A stretch of DNA of 64,000 nt from Candidatus Aenigmatarchaeota archaeon. Lineage in GTDB: Archaea > Aenigmatarchaeota > Aenigmatarchaeia > QMZP01 > QMZT01. The stretch covers positions 480,001 to 544,000 of the forward strand of contig CAVSBQ010000002.1 in NCBI GenBank assembly GCA_963726265.1. The letters run 5' to 3'. The notes beneath the pieces were generated by a model that was not told where the DNA came from, did not search any database, and saw only the letters and a program-made list of their open reading frames with translations. The position numbers and the translations under genes are program-made. Below, piece after piece: positions 51,475-63,259 of the stretch (position 1 is the first letter of the stretch; the number at the start of each line of letters is the position of its first letter).

Positions 51475-52458
51475 CTATTTTTTCCTTTCGATGAGGTATT
51501 CCGCAAAGCCGTCGAGCATGCGCCTTAGCCCTTCAGGCAGCGAAGACGTCACGTCCCTGCTTTCGGCAGCGAGTGCCTTCGCCTTCGCTTTTGCATATTC
51601 CAGCGAGCCATATCTTTCGAAAAGCCGCTTTACGTATTCGATGTCTTCCGTGCGCGTCTCGTCTCTCGGCCTGTCGAGGCTTTCGAACATGCGTTTGCGT
51701 TCGCTATCGCTGCATCTGGAAGCGCAATGAACGACCATGATGCTGCGCTTCCCCTCCTTTATGTCCGAGCCTATCTCGCCGCGACCCTTGCCTTCGGTCA
51801 GGTCGAGCATGTCGTCCGCTATCTGGAATGCCGGCCCGATTTTCATGCCGAAATCGCGGATTTTCCCGACCAAATCGCTCCTGCCGGCGACTATCGCTCC
51901 GCCGACCATCGGAAGCGTCAGATACCACGCGGTCTTCAGCTCTATCATCTTCATGTAGTCTTTCTCTTTAGGCGTCCTCTGGCCGCGCAGATTCATGTCC
52001 ATGGTCTGGCCTTCCGCCGTCTTCACGCTCGTCTCGGCTATTTCGCTGACCAGCGAAAGCTTCGTCTTCTCGTCGAGATGCGAGCCGAGAACGAGCTCGT
52101 AGACCTTTTCCGACATGAAGTCGCCCACGTTTATGCCGTGGGGCATGCCGTATTTGACCCACAGCGCGGGCTTGTCCCTGCGCACGCGGTCGCCGTCCTC
52201 TATGTCGTCGTGGACGAGAAGCCAGTTGTGCAGGAGCTCGCACGCGGCTGCGAAGGGAATGACCTTGTCCGCATCGCCGCCCAGCGCCTCGCACGTAAGG
52301 ATTGCCAGCACGGGTCGTATGCGCTTGCCTCCAGAGTCAAGGTGATACCAGACGGCGTCGTGGAGGTTGGGTATGCCCTTCCTGGATATCGCCTTCTCGA
52401 GCGCTTTCTCTATCACTTTCCCTTTCTTGTCCAGGGCGCGCTCGACCTCTTTCATCAT
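51475..52458 (-). CDS. Short-chain polyprenyl (GGPP-type) diphosphate synthase
   Basis: GGKRIRP, HDDIED..RR, GQTMDM, KTA, FQIADDMLD. Confidence 0.93.
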   Translation of the reverse strand: MMKEVERALDKKGKVIEKALEKAISRKGIPNLHDAVWYHLDSGGKRIRPVLAILTCEALGGDADKVIPFAAACELLHNWLLVHDDIEDGDRVRRDKPALWVKYGMPHGINVGDFMSEKVYELVLGSHLDEKTKLSLVSEIAETSVKTAEGQTMDMNLRGQRTPKEKDYMKMIELKTAWYLTLPMVGGAIVAGRSDLVGKIRDFGMKIGPAFQIADDMLDLTEGKGRGEIGSDIKEGKRSIMVVHCASRCSDSERKRMFESLDRPRDETRTEDIEYVKRLFERYGSLEYAKAKAKALAAESRDVTSSLPEGLRRMLDGFAEYLIERKK

Positions 52459-52513
52459 GTTTTTATAATTGCCTCCGTGTATTAAAAACAAGCTGCTGCT
52501 CGTTAATTGTAGC

Positions 52514-52882
52514 TTATTCACTCGGTTTTGGCGCGGGAGCCGGCTTCGCTTCTTTCGCCTTTCCGCCTTTGCGCCTGAGCAGCTTGAGCGGCGAGAATAT
52601 GAGTCTCACGAACTTCCAGCCCATGCGAACCGCCGAGTAGGCGATGAACAGACCTATGCCTGTCGCCGCAAACCATATCATGTTGTAAAGCGAAATCTCG
52701 ATGTTCATGCCGAATACCATGCTGCCCACGACCGGGAATAACGCCGCAACAAGACCTATCATGAACGCCTTGAACAGGAACTTGACCAGCTTGTAGGCGA
52801 CTATGGTGAAGATTATGAATACGACGAAGAAAATGAGCACGCTCTGGTCGCCCAGCCCCCCAAGCCCGAGGAATTCGAACAT
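52514..52882 (-). CDS. Small membrane protein (3 TM)
   Basis: MFEFLGL... hydrophobic helices, basic C-terminal tail. Confidence 0.7.
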   Translation of the reverse strand: MFEFLGLGGLGDQSVLIFFVVFIIFTIVAYKLVKFLFKAFMIGLVAALFPVVGSMVFGMNIEISLYNMIWFAATGIGLFIAYSAVRMGWKFVRLIFSPLKLLRRKGGKAKEAKPAPAPKPSE

Positions 52883-52914
52883 GTTTATAAATTGCTTTTC
52901 TTTCTTTAATTTGT

Positions 52915-53172
52915 ATGGGTCTTGAAAGCGAGCTGGAAAGGGAGACGAACAAGTGGACCATAAAAATAGAGAAGGCAATGAAAAGCGTCAAGCTCAGAAA
53001 TAAATACCAGAAAGACCCGTCAAAACAGCGCCTCCTTGAAAACATCCATGCCTACATAAAAGACTCGAAACACTTCGCAGAAAAAGGCGACCCAATTCGC
53101 GCGTTCGAAGCCATCATATGGGCCTGGGCGTGGCTCGAAATCCTCAAAGACCTGGGGATTCTGGAAAACTAG
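52915..53172 (+). CDS. DUF357-family protein
   Basis: AYIKDSKHF...RAFEAIIWAWAWLE. Confidence 0.8.
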   Translation: MGLESELERETNKWTIKIEKAMKSVKLRNKYQKDPSKQRLLENIHAYIKDSKHFAEKGDPIRAFEAIIWAWAWLEILKDLGILEN

Positions 53173-56100
53173 ATTGTGAAACTGAAATCCTTTGTAGCAG
53201 TTGAAGTGCCCGCAGTGCATGTCATTTTGCATTCATATGTCCCAGCAGGCAAATCCAGAGGGGGACCTTTTGTAAGCTCTTGCGTGAAACTGGAAGCGGT
53301 GCCAGAGCTGACATCGAGGGTTTCTTGACTTTGGGGATATTTGCAGGAAAATGAACAAGTCGATTTTACGCTCGTTGTCCACGTAAACGTCAAAATGTCT
53401 CCGCTTTTCGCTGTTGTTACATCGGATATCGTCAGTTGTGTGGTCGTTGAACTTTGCGATTGCTGCGAGGTCGTGCTCCCCTTCGTATAATGCAGGACTA
53501 TGCTCTTCGTCTTGGTTGCTGTCGCCGTGATGGTTATATCGCCGTCCTTGCATTTGCTGGTGGAAAATTTGAGCGTCATAAAGTTGCTTGATTGCTGGCC
53601 AAAGTTCCACGTGACCGGTGTTCCGCTGGTCGTGGTGGCTGGTGATGTGTAACTGCAGTCATCGGTATGCGTATCGCCGCCGCCATTGCACACAATGTTG
53701 ATCGTCTGTTCCTTCGAGAAACCGTCGCACATGCGCGATTGGATGTCAAGTTCACCATCGCCTTCAATATTATCTCCGTTGGCCCTTTCCCTTCCGCCGT
53801 AGCTTACTCTGAAGCTTGTCTGGTAATTGCCCATGGTGCCTACATAAGTGGCTGTTGTCAGCACCTTGTTGAAGAACGTGTCGAAGGCTCCTGTGAACGT
53901 GCTGAAACACTGCATCATGCTACTCATGACGTTCTTGGAGGCTGTCAGCTCTGCCTGGGTCGCGTATGCCTCGCTGCTTGCGCTGGAAGCCATCCTGGAG
54001 CCTGCTTCAACCTCTGACTGAACCATGTCCATGCACATATCGAACTGCAGGTAGGCTATCCAGAACTGTATAAAGCTCATTATGAGGGGCATGACATTCA
54101 TGACCACGTTGCAGACATGGCGCATGCCGCTTCCGATAGCCGACACCGTGTTGAAGCCCTTCTCCCATGACGAGTTCTCCTCGGCTATCCATCCGCCTAT
54201 TTCGCCAACGAGCCTCGGAAGGACGCAGGTTATGAAACCCCATTTCAGGCCGCCTTCCATGGCCGTTGTAAGATCATTTTTCTCGCCTTCCACGCTGCCG
54301 CTGAAGAGCTTCATCTTGTCCAGAAGCAATACGAATGTCAGGATGCCTATGACAGCGCTCACGGCAACCGCCATCCATTCTCCTCCGCTACCGGAACTGC
54401 TACTTCCCTGCGGAAGCGAAGAACATGCATCTGAAAAAGCTGTGCAACTTATTCCTACAGGTCTATCATCAGTGACGCGGCATTTTGCATCATCGCACCA
54501 AATTTTTCCGCTTCTAATACATTTTTCACATTCGGTGAGTGTGGTGATGCATTTTCCCGTTGTCTTGTCGCAGGTCTGGTCTGCGTTGCAGATTTCTTTG
54601 CAGCTGCTGTCACCACCCACGCCTTTTATCGCTCCTTTTATGTTGTCTATCATGGCGTTACCTGCGCTGCAGACTGCACAGAATGAAAGGACTTTGATGG
54701 CGGTCTTGAATATGCCGTTGACGCTGTCAAACATGTCCTGCATCTTCTTCTTCATCTTTTCAGCGTTGACCATGGCATCGGATTTCATGGGTTTGACTGC
54801 TATCGAACCGTCGAGCTTCGATATCGTCTCCTTGGCCAGATCGCCCGCGTATTTGACATAGACGCTGATGTTCGCGCTGCCCATGGAGATGGGCTCGAAC
54901 GTCTGGTCAGGGTCGTCGGTGACGTTGTATCCCGGCTCGTCCGGAAGGTTTATCAAAGGCCCTATCTGGAACGGGCACACGTATTTGTCCGAATCCGCCT
55001 CCTTCCTGCAGCCGCCGAGCGCGCGCTCGTTAGCAGCGACAGTGTCGCCTGTCATCTTGACGTCAAAGCCGTATACGCTGAGGTCTGTGAGCTCGACTTC
55101 TTCATTCGCGTTATATACCCTGAGCGTCACGTTCTGGTTCGAGCCTGAAGCAATCGAGCATGAAACGCCCTTGCCATACCGCCCCTGTATCTGGCAATCT
55201 AGTTCCTTGACGGGCGTCGTGATGATGTCCATCTCTATCTGGTAAAGCCTGTCGTCCCTTACTATCTGTGCGTCGAGCGTCGCCTCAGCCTTCTTTCCCG
55301 TGGCGGAGAGCGCGGTGAGCATGAGCTGACCTTCGCCGTCCTCGCACCTCTGGAACATCCTGTAATCAAGATAAAGTGAGCATTCGTAATCCTCTATGCG
55401 GTGGGCTCCCATCTTCTGCTGGCTCTTCAGCTTGCATATGGTCGAGTTCGCCTCGGGCGAGACTCCCATGCCCTTGGTTAGCTTGCCCTTGTCGTCCTGC
55501 GCGTCGAGCCTGAAGGACCATGTCAGGTCGTCCTTCGCTTCGGCATGGAGCAAATCCGCATACATTATTCTGACGTAACCTGAATCGCCCAGTTTCAGGG
55601 ATTTCGAGCCCAGGCAGTTGATCGGGCTTTGTATGGCGCCAGCCGCGACGTCGTTGTCAACAACCTCGACGTAAGGTTCGAGCGGCCTCGCCACGACGGC
55701 TATGTCCTTCGTGCCGCCGATCGACATCTGCTGGCTGCCGGACTTTACAAGGAACGCCAGCCTGAGCGGGTAATAATGCGAGCCGCCGCCAGGCACGAGC
55801 TCACCTGAGCCGCACTTGACTTTTTCAAGGAGCTTGTCCGAGGGGATGGTGCAGGTTATGCTCTGCCCCTGCTGCGTGCAGTATTTGGCGTTCTGCGAAA
55901 CAGACGCGCCGTTGAAGGTTATGGTCTCCTCGCTGAGCGTGAAGCTCTGGATGTTCTTGGCGGTCGCGGAAATCTTTACCGTGTCCTGGTTCTGCTGGGT
56001 CTGGCCTTCGCAGTAAAGCGTGTCCGGACTCGCGCTCTGGATGTCCACGCCCGCCTGCTCAGCGAGGACATAGACGTCGAGCGTCTTCGAAACATCGTAA

Positions 56101-58831
56101 GCTTTTTTACCGCTGATCTTGAGCGTGACACTGACGTGGTTGACACCTATCGCCGCGGCCGAAGCCGCTGTTATGGTGACGTTGCAATTGAAATAATATT
56201 CTATGTTGCTTTCAGCACACGTCCCGCTTATCCATGAATTCGACACCAGCGTCGCCTCGTGCTTGAGCTGGTTCTCGGCGGCATTGTGGACGGTCACGTA
56301 AAGCGAAGCAGATGTGTGGTTGCCCTGATATGCTTCGAGTTTGGCTGGCGTCGTGGAAACTATTTCAAGCCACGGCGCTGCCTGGCTGGAAAACGACGAC
56401 ACTAGAATGTTCATGGGGAATGAAAGCGTCGTTCCCTGAACGGAGAAAAGCACGGGCAGGCTGCTTTGCGCGTAACTTTCAGGAATGTCAAACTGCGTGC
56501 CTGCGCAGGTATAGAAATCGCGGTTGCTCGTAGACGACTCCTTGCTGCACGTCATCGTCTGGCCGCTCTTGCCAAGATACGTGTAAGCGAACGCGGGGTT
56601 GTCGCCGACCATCTTAGGATACTGGATGAAAAGGTTTACGGTGAGCGTGTTTTCACCGCCTGCCGTCAGCGTGTCCGGCGCAATGGAATATACCTGCATG
56701 TGCGGCTCGGGCAGCGTCACGTAAACGTTCTGCGGATTGCTTGTAATCTCCTTTGACGAATATGTGAATTTCAGCAGGAGCGTGAGCGAGCTGCTCATGA
56801 GGTCGCACAGGTCGTCTTTCGGTATCGTGCACGTGTAGGTTACGCCGGATGCGGAGCAGGCCAGCGTATTGTAGCTCTTGCCCCCGTCGACGGAGTATGT
56901 GGTGTTAGGCGTTCCCTGGATGTTGTCGGTCCTTGCGGTCACCGTGAGCGACGGACTCTGGACGCAGTCCAGCGGCGACGATGTCGAGATTATCCTGAGC
57001 GATGGCTCTGCGGCTGGCTGCAATATCTGGAAGAAGGCGTTCGCATTCAGTTGTTTCGTCGCGCCGTTCATGAAGCCGTCCAGGCGGAACGACAGCGTCT
57101 CGACGCCCTGCCTTGCCTGCGGTATTTCAAGGCTTGCCGAGCATTTGTAATATTTTATGTTGGAATACGATGTCTCCAGCGAGCAGTTCATCGTAGCGAA
57201 ATCCTTGGACAGGTATTTGTAGCTGAAGCTGCTGATCGTGTAGGTGATGAAGTCGGGATAGTTTACATGTAGCAGGACATTCACGGCCGTGGTTTTGCCC
57301 GCCTCGACGGACTGCGGAGTCAGCGTGTCTATGCCCAGGCTCGGTGGCGGGAAGGTTACCAGTACGTCCGAAGGCAGCGAAAGCACCTCGGTCTCGCCGT
57401 AGACGAACTTGAAGGTTAGCTGCAGGCTCTCCTGGACGAGCTGGCATAATGCATTCTCGGAAATGGTGCAGGTGTAGCTGCTGCCGGAGCCAGTGCAGTT
57501 GAGCGCGTTGAAATTCTTGCTATCGAACGAATAGTATGTTTTAGGCGTAACGCCTGCAGGATTGGAAACCTGGAGCTTCGCCGTCAGGCCGCTGTCGATG
57601 CCGCAGTCGAATGGCGCGGGCAACAGCGAACTGAGCGTGAGCTTTGCGGCAGCCTGGCTTAGCGTGACTGGGAAGCTGCCTGATATCTGCACGCCGCCCG
57701 CGTAATTGAAAACCACCCTGATGGTCGACGTGCCGGGCGCCGTGCATGCCGGGAACTTTGAAACAGGGATGGTGCAGTGGTAGGAATATATGCTCGCGTT
57801 CGGGTTTATCACCGAGCACGCGATCGCTCCGTCGGCTGAGTGCGCGCCGTCGATGGTGTAATAATAAGACTGGAAGTAGCCAGCGCTGGTGTTGTCCGCG
57901 TGCATGTCAGCGCTTATGACGTCGCTGCTCCAGCATGGCGTTATCTGGGGCGACCAGGTGTCGATGACGAGCTTCGCGCCGCCAGCGGCTGGCGGGCCTG
58001 ATGCCGTGGAGTAGAAAATCACCGGGCTGGCTATCCTGCTGTTGCCGGCCAGGACGAAGTCCCAGGCCGAGGCGCTCCTGTTGAAAATATTGCCGCCTGT
58101 CTTTGACGAATAGAAGGACGGAATGTCCGTCCCTGACGGGTCGATATTGGCGTTGCTGCCGTAAAGGTCGTAAACATTCGCTACCGCCGATCCGCCAACG
58201 GGCTGGAATACCGAGCGGTTCATGTCGTCGGAAGGGACCGCATAGTAACTCTCGATGTAGCTCTTGACGCTCTCGCCCGTTACGCCCTGCTTGAGGTAAA
58301 CGTCCAGCCTCTCGGCTTCGTAGGCATCGGAGGAGTGAACGTCCTTATGCCGGTTTTCGTGACCTTGTCCCAGCTGGCGCTCCACACCTCCTTGCCCGAG
58401 ATGTCGAGCTTGACCAGCATCAGGAAATTGCCGACGCTGCCGGAGCTGACCTCGTCCCACTTATATTTGTTGTTGAAAACGAGGGTGGAGCTTCCCGTAT
58501 TGGCCGCTATGTCCGGCACTATGCCGTTAGTGATGCACTGGCCTGGATCGAAGCCTTTGCATCTGAAAAGGTATACTTTCTTGATGATATTGGAAGGGAG
58601 CTTGCTCGAAAGGCGGACCTGGAGGTATTGGTAGTTCTGCTCGTAAGGGTATGTAATCTCCTTCTGTATCAGGTCCGAAAACTTCGGCATGCTCGCCGAA
58701 ACTTCCTGGCCGCCTGAGGTGAATATCTTCACCTCAAGCGCGGAAGTGATCACAACGCTGAGCATCAGGTAAGAGCAGAAAACTGCGACTGCCTGAACTA
58801 CCAGCAACTGCCATCCTTTGAGTTTCAACAT
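53169..58831 (-). CDS. Giant (~1,890 aa) Cys-rich surface protein with repeated beta-sandwich modules, frameshift near 58335
   Basis: ORF 58280-58831 supplies the N-terminal hydrophobic segment and joins ORF 53169-58460; repeated P..DC...YTCTI modules, internal hydrophobic helices. Confidence 0.8.
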
Positions 58832-58833
58832 AT

Positions 58834-60714
58834 TCAACACGAAAGCTCTGAATCGCTCACGGCCTGGCCGCCGCATTTCGCTTTCACAAGGCTCGTGAGC
58901 TTAGCTGCTTCTGCCGGGTCTATGCCCGGCGCGGGAAGATCTGAACCGTCCGCCTTAAGCACCGCCGGAAGATAGACGTAGATGTCTTTCTTGCCTTCCT
59001 TTATCTCGAATTGCGTGTCTATGTAGCCGACCGGCATGCTGTTTTCCTCGTCCGTCGTATCGGACAGGCTTGCGGTAATCCTGTATTCCACCGGCTGTAT
59101 GCCTGGCGTCTGGGTCGCGGTGAGCAGCCCGCCGCTTTCATCGTAGTTGGTCAGAACTATAGCAGAATCCTCCCCGGTGAAGTAGTTCGGGTCCTCGGGA
59201 GAGAACGTAAGGAAAAGCGTCAGCTTCCTGTCGCCGAAAGCCGTCAGATCCTTTGAGGCGCTCTTTATGCTGTAGGAGCCGTATACGCCGTTGCTGCCTG
59301 TGCCGCTTGCCTCGGCCTCAAGGGCCTTGAAATGGATGGTTATCGTGTCCTCTATTTTTTCCATGGTAACCGTTTTATCCGCGACCTCGTCCGATCTGAA
59401 CAGGTCGCCGAACGTCCTGTAGCCGGTGCTGTAAACGTGCAGCTCGCTTACGATGCACGGTATCTTGGCCTCGACCACACCGTTCTTGTCAGTCTTGCCC
59501 ACATCGCATATGTAGAACGATACATCAGCGCCCTCTATCGGCTTTCCGGCAGTGTCCTTGACCGTGACTTTGGCGCTGCACTTCGCGTCCGTAACGCACG
59601 TCTTGGTGTATTCTGACTCCTGGCCGAATTCGGCCGTGCAGTTGCCGGGCTGCGTGTTCTGGACGTCGACCATGACTGCGAACTTGAACCACTGGCCGAG
59701 GGTCGTGTCCTCGACCATCACGACCACCGGATAGCGGAAGGAATAGGCTACTGAATACGGGCCCATGCATATCGGTATCAGCGGCATTATGGGCTTGGGT
59801 ATGACCCTGAGCGGGTCAGGCGAAAACATGAAATATTTGTCGATTTCCGAGTCCCACGAATCGGGATAGGCGAAGGCGACCTGCATGTCCGGGTAGAACT
59901 TGCCTCCCACGCTGCTTATGGGGTAGAACGGGTTTTCCGCGAGCTTGAGCGGCTGCGTGTTCCATACGACGTGCGAGACCGTGTATCTTATGATGCCCTT
60001 TATGCCCGGGAGCAGCTGGCTCCTGGTCTTGGACAGTATGTTGCCGCAGCCCGCCTGCACGCCGGCGACGGGAACCCATGCCTCGCTGTCCGGGTTGGAA
60101 TGGACCATCGAAGTTACGGTGACCATCTCGAAGAACCTGTTCTTGGCATTGTCGCTGACGAAGTTATTGGAGAAGTCAAGGACGTCGTAGAGCTTCGAGT
60201 TCAGGGAAATTTCGTAGGGCTGGGCGATGTCGAGATCTTCGACTTTCGTGGGCAGGTAGATGCGCACGTTGAGCCTGTCCTTAAAAATATCAACCTCGTA
60301 TTTCGGCTTGCTGAAATCGAACGTGACTTTCTTGCCGTAGAACTCCATCTCATCCTCCAGGTTCTCGCGCAGGTAGGCCCATACGCCGGCGCCTATCTCC
60401 TTCGATACATCAGGCACGTTGCTCTCGCCGCAGGCCGACCAGACCTGAGTGTCGAACATGCCAAACGTCACCGTAGGCGAGCCTGGCTTCAGCACGCCTC
60501 CCTGGTTGTATATGAGAAGCAGCTTGTCCTTCGCCCCTGCCCTGATGAGGTTGACGACGGAGTCTTTTATCGTCTTCGCCTCTTCGGTAAGGCCTGGGGT
60601 TATGGAAGGCTGTATGGCCGCCTGCCTTGAGGCCAGGACAACCGCGACGATGGCAACGACAACAAGCGCGATTATGACGATGAATTCGACCTGCCCTTTC
60701 TTGCGGGAATTCAT
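58834..60714 (-). CDS. Large pilin-like/adhesin protein with class III signal peptide
   Basis: MNSRKKG|QVEFIVIIALVVVAIV; later VKDTAGKPIEGADV...GKTDKNG (carboxypeptidase-regulatory-like). Confidence 0.75.
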   Translation of the reverse strand: MNSRKKGQVEFIVIIALVVVAIVAVVLASRQAAIQPSITPGLTEEAKTIKDSVVNLIRAGAKDKLLLIYNQGGVLKPGSPTVTFGMFDTQVWSACGESNVPDVSKEIGAGVWAYLRENLEDEMEFYGKKVTFDFSKPKYEVDIFKDRLNVRIYLPTKVEDLDIAQPYEISLNSKLYDVLDFSNNFVSDNAKNRFFEMVTVTSMVHSNPDSEAWVPVAGVQAGCGNILSKTRSQLLPGIKGIIRYTVSHVVWNTQPLKLAENPFYPISSVGGKFYPDMQVAFAYPDSWDSEIDKYFMFSPDPLRVIPKPIMPLIPICMGPYSVAYSFRYPVVVMVEDTTLGQWFKFAVMVDVQNTQPGNCTAEFGQESEYTKTCVTDAKCSAKVTVKDTAGKPIEGADVSFYICDVGKTDKNGVVEAKIPCIVSELHVYSTGYRTFGDLFRSDEVADKTVTMEKIEDTITIHFKALEAEASGTGSNGVYGSYSIKSASKDLTAFGDRKLTLFLTFSPEDPNYFTGEDSAIVLTNYDESGGLLTATQTPGIQPVEYRITASLSDTTDEENSMPVGYIDTQFEIKEGKKDIYVYLPAVLKADGSDLPAPGIDPAEAAKLTSLVKAKCGGQAVSDSELSC

Positions 60715-60820
60715 ATAATAATATTTCACACTATCACTTATAACCTTTAATAGCAAACCTTTTTAACGCCATTTCTCCGGCCTAAACGTGCCAGCGCGTA
60801 TCGTCTTTGCATGCTTGATG

Positions 60821-63193
60821 TTAGGCGCACGGATGGTTCACGTAGTTAAGCGTATAATCAATTTTTTTATCCGCATAGCGCAGGGTGAACGTGTAGGGTT
60901 CTGGCGGGTCCCTGGCCGGGTCAGTTCCCAGCAGCATGTCTGCAGCATAAGGGCCATACGTCCCCTTGAGGCCTTCGAAATGCAGGAGCTTTGCATGCGT
61001 GGCCGACTGTATGGAAAGCTCTGACTTGAAGCCTTCTATCTGGCTCAGTTTCTCGAAATTGTAGTCTATGCCAATCATGTCTCCCGAACATATGCTGTCT
61101 CCTGTCCCCAGTACACCAGTCCTGTCGGATGAAAACACGATGCTAACGGTTTCGTAGGAAGGGTATGTGATGTTCTGCAGGGCGGCGCTTGACGCCATCT
61201 CGGTTGCCAGCGTGCTCATCGTGCCCTGCAGCGCCTCCGCGTAACCTGCCAGTATGTTCGATGCCTCCAACTGGACATTAATTTTCTCCCTTGCAATGGC
61301 TATGGATTTCATCGACGTGTTGAACGTTTCCAGCATCAGGTAATATGTTATTGCCATCAGAAGCAGGTTCAGCGAGAGCTTGATGAGATTTGCTGCAGGG
61401 CTTTCCATGGCCTCGCATATGGGGCCGATCACGCCTGCAGCGGCGCCCTGAGTTACTACCAGAGCGAGGAACGACATCACGGCGCACAGCCATTTGCTCC
61501 ACGAGGGCTTCACCGCGTCCCAGAAGCTCTGACCTACGCACTGCAGGGCATAATCATCTATGAGCGAGTTGATGGTGGGGACTTGGAGCTTGCTGGTTAT
61601 CTCCCCCTTTTCGAACTTGTCCAAGTTCTGGGTTTCCTTCTCTATCGCCTTTATGCCCTTGTCCGCCAGGCAGTTGATGACGGACGGGCCGTATTTGGTG
61701 ATGACCGCTATTATCCTGTTCCTGGTCCCCTCCGCCGGACCCCAGCCATACGTCTTCAGCAGCTGGTTGAGCGCCTCTTTCAGGTTGCCCGTGGTTAACT
61801 GGAGTAGCAGCTCTGTCAGTAAGCAGCAGCTGCTTATGAAATCGGCCAGCCACAGCGCCTTGCCTATCCATCCCTGCACGTCGTTGTCCTGTATCCACTT
61901 CAAAAGGCCCTTGTTTTTTTCAAGGACGTTCGTGGTGTTGAGGACGTCGCTAAGCAGCGTCCCTTCGAGCGTGACATCGGTCTTCGCCGACACGTTCCTG
62001 TAATAGTTCAGATACTTGACGTCGAGGAAGACCGCCAGCTCTATCGTCCTGCTGCTCTTGTCCGTCTTCTTGGCAGGCAGCGGCAGCTTCTCGAGCGGCA
62101 TGAAGATGGGGCACTGGTACCTGACGCCCGTGATTTTCCTGCACGAAGTCAGGGTTATGTCGCCGGCGCCGATCCTGTATCTCGCCTCGAAAACGCTGAG
62201 CTTTTCGGGGACGTTTCCGGTAATGGTCGCTGTAACGTTCTGCTGCGGTTTGCCGGGAACGCATGTGCCGTCCTCGTCTATTATCTGGCATTCGAGCTTG
62301 CTGATTTTGGACAGCTGGAGCGAAAGGTCAAGTTCCTGCGAGACGAGCGTGGTCGCGAAGCTGTCAGAAATGTTGTAGGCCTGCGTCCTGGCCTGGACGG
62401 CGACCGTTACCTCTGTACCGTCTTCGCATGTCCCGAAAAGCGTGTTGGGCACGACAAGCGTGCACAGGTAGATATCCTCCGTCCCTTCGCCTTCCCGGCT
62501 CAGCATCTTCTCGCATTCTATGCCGCCGGTTTGTATGCCGCTCACGGAAAACGACCACAGCAGGCTGCCGAAGAGCGTTTCCGCGTGGCTTATCACGACC
62601 GGGACGTCTATCTGGCTGCCGGTCCTGCAGTTTATCTCGGGGACGCCGTAGGCGGGCTGGGAGACTGCGAAATCGACTGCCAGCGAAGGCTGCGTTCCTG
62701 ACTCCGAGATGGTGAGCGTTTTTTCGTCCGCTGCCTCCGCCTTCTTGTCCAGGTAGGAAAGCTCGAGCGTCAGGTAGAACTTGTTCTGCGCGTTTTCGAG
62801 CGGGCATGACGGGAGTTTGGAAAGCAGCTCCTTGACGCTGAGCCTGCAGGTTATTTCCTGGTTGCTGATGAGGCCGGCCTTCGGATTGCACGAAATAGAA
62901 GAGGACACGTTGTAGTAAACGTCGTTAATGATGTCGTGGACCGAGGCCTCTGCGCCTGAGACGTCGAATTCCGCCACGTTCTCGACATAGGCCCTGAAGG
63001 TTATGTAGCCTGAAGACTCGCAGTTCACCGGCTCGAGCTCATCGAGTATCTTGAGCACGGGCTCGAAGGCGAGGCTCGCCTTCCTCTCTTTGAACACGCC
63101 GCCGGCCTGGTATGCCGAAACGAGCGTCAGGGAGAATATCAGATAGCAGGAAAAGACGGCGATGAAAACAATCAGCGGGCGTTTTGCTTCCAT
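60821..63193 (-). CDS. Secreted Cys-rich protein, paralogue of the C-terminal half of the giant protein
   Basis: Signal peptide; shared PxINC, CEDG, LxCQI, YxCP and VKY motifs. Confidence 0.8.
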   Translation of the reverse strand: MEAKRPLIVFIAVFSCYLIFSLTLVSAYQAGGVFKERKASLAFEPVLKILDELEPVNCESSGYITFRAYVENVAEFDVSGAEASVHDIINDVYYNVSSSISCNPKAGLISNQEITCRLSVKELLSKLPSCPLENAQNKFYLTLELSYLDKKAEAADEKTLTISESGTQPSLAVDFAVSQPAYGVPEINCRTGSQIDVPVVISHAETLFGSLLWSFSVSGIQTGGIECEKMLSREGEGTEDIYLCTLVVPNTLFGTCEDGTEVTVAVQARTQAYNISDSFATTLVSQELDLSLQLSKISKLECQIIDEDGTCVPGKPQQNVTATITGNVPEKLSVFEARYRIGAGDITLTSCRKITGVRYQCPIFMPLEKLPLPAKKTDKSSRTIELAVFLDVKYLNYYRNVSAKTDVTLEGTLLSDVLNTTNVLEKNKGLLKWIQDNDVQGWIGKALWLADFISSCCLLTELLLQLTTGNLKEALNQLLKTYGWGPAEGTRNRIIAVITKYGPSVINCLADKGIKAIEKETQNLDKFEKGEITSKLQVPTINSLIDDYALQCVGQSFWDAVKPSWSKWLCAVMSFLALVVTQGAAAGVIGPICEAMESPAANLIKLSLNLLLMAITYYLMLETFNTSMKSIAIAREKINVQLEASNILAGYAEALQGTMSTLATEMASSAALQNITYPSYETVSIVFSSDRTGVLGTGDSICSGDMIGIDYNFEKLSQIEGFKSELSIQSATHAKLLHFEGLKGTYGPYAADMLLGTDPARDPPEPYTFTLRYADKKIDYTLNYVNHPCA

Positions 63194-63259
63194 GATTAAT
63201 TATTTGGCTGCGTACAATTTTAAACCAAACTTATAAATTTCCCTCGTTCAATTATAAAC

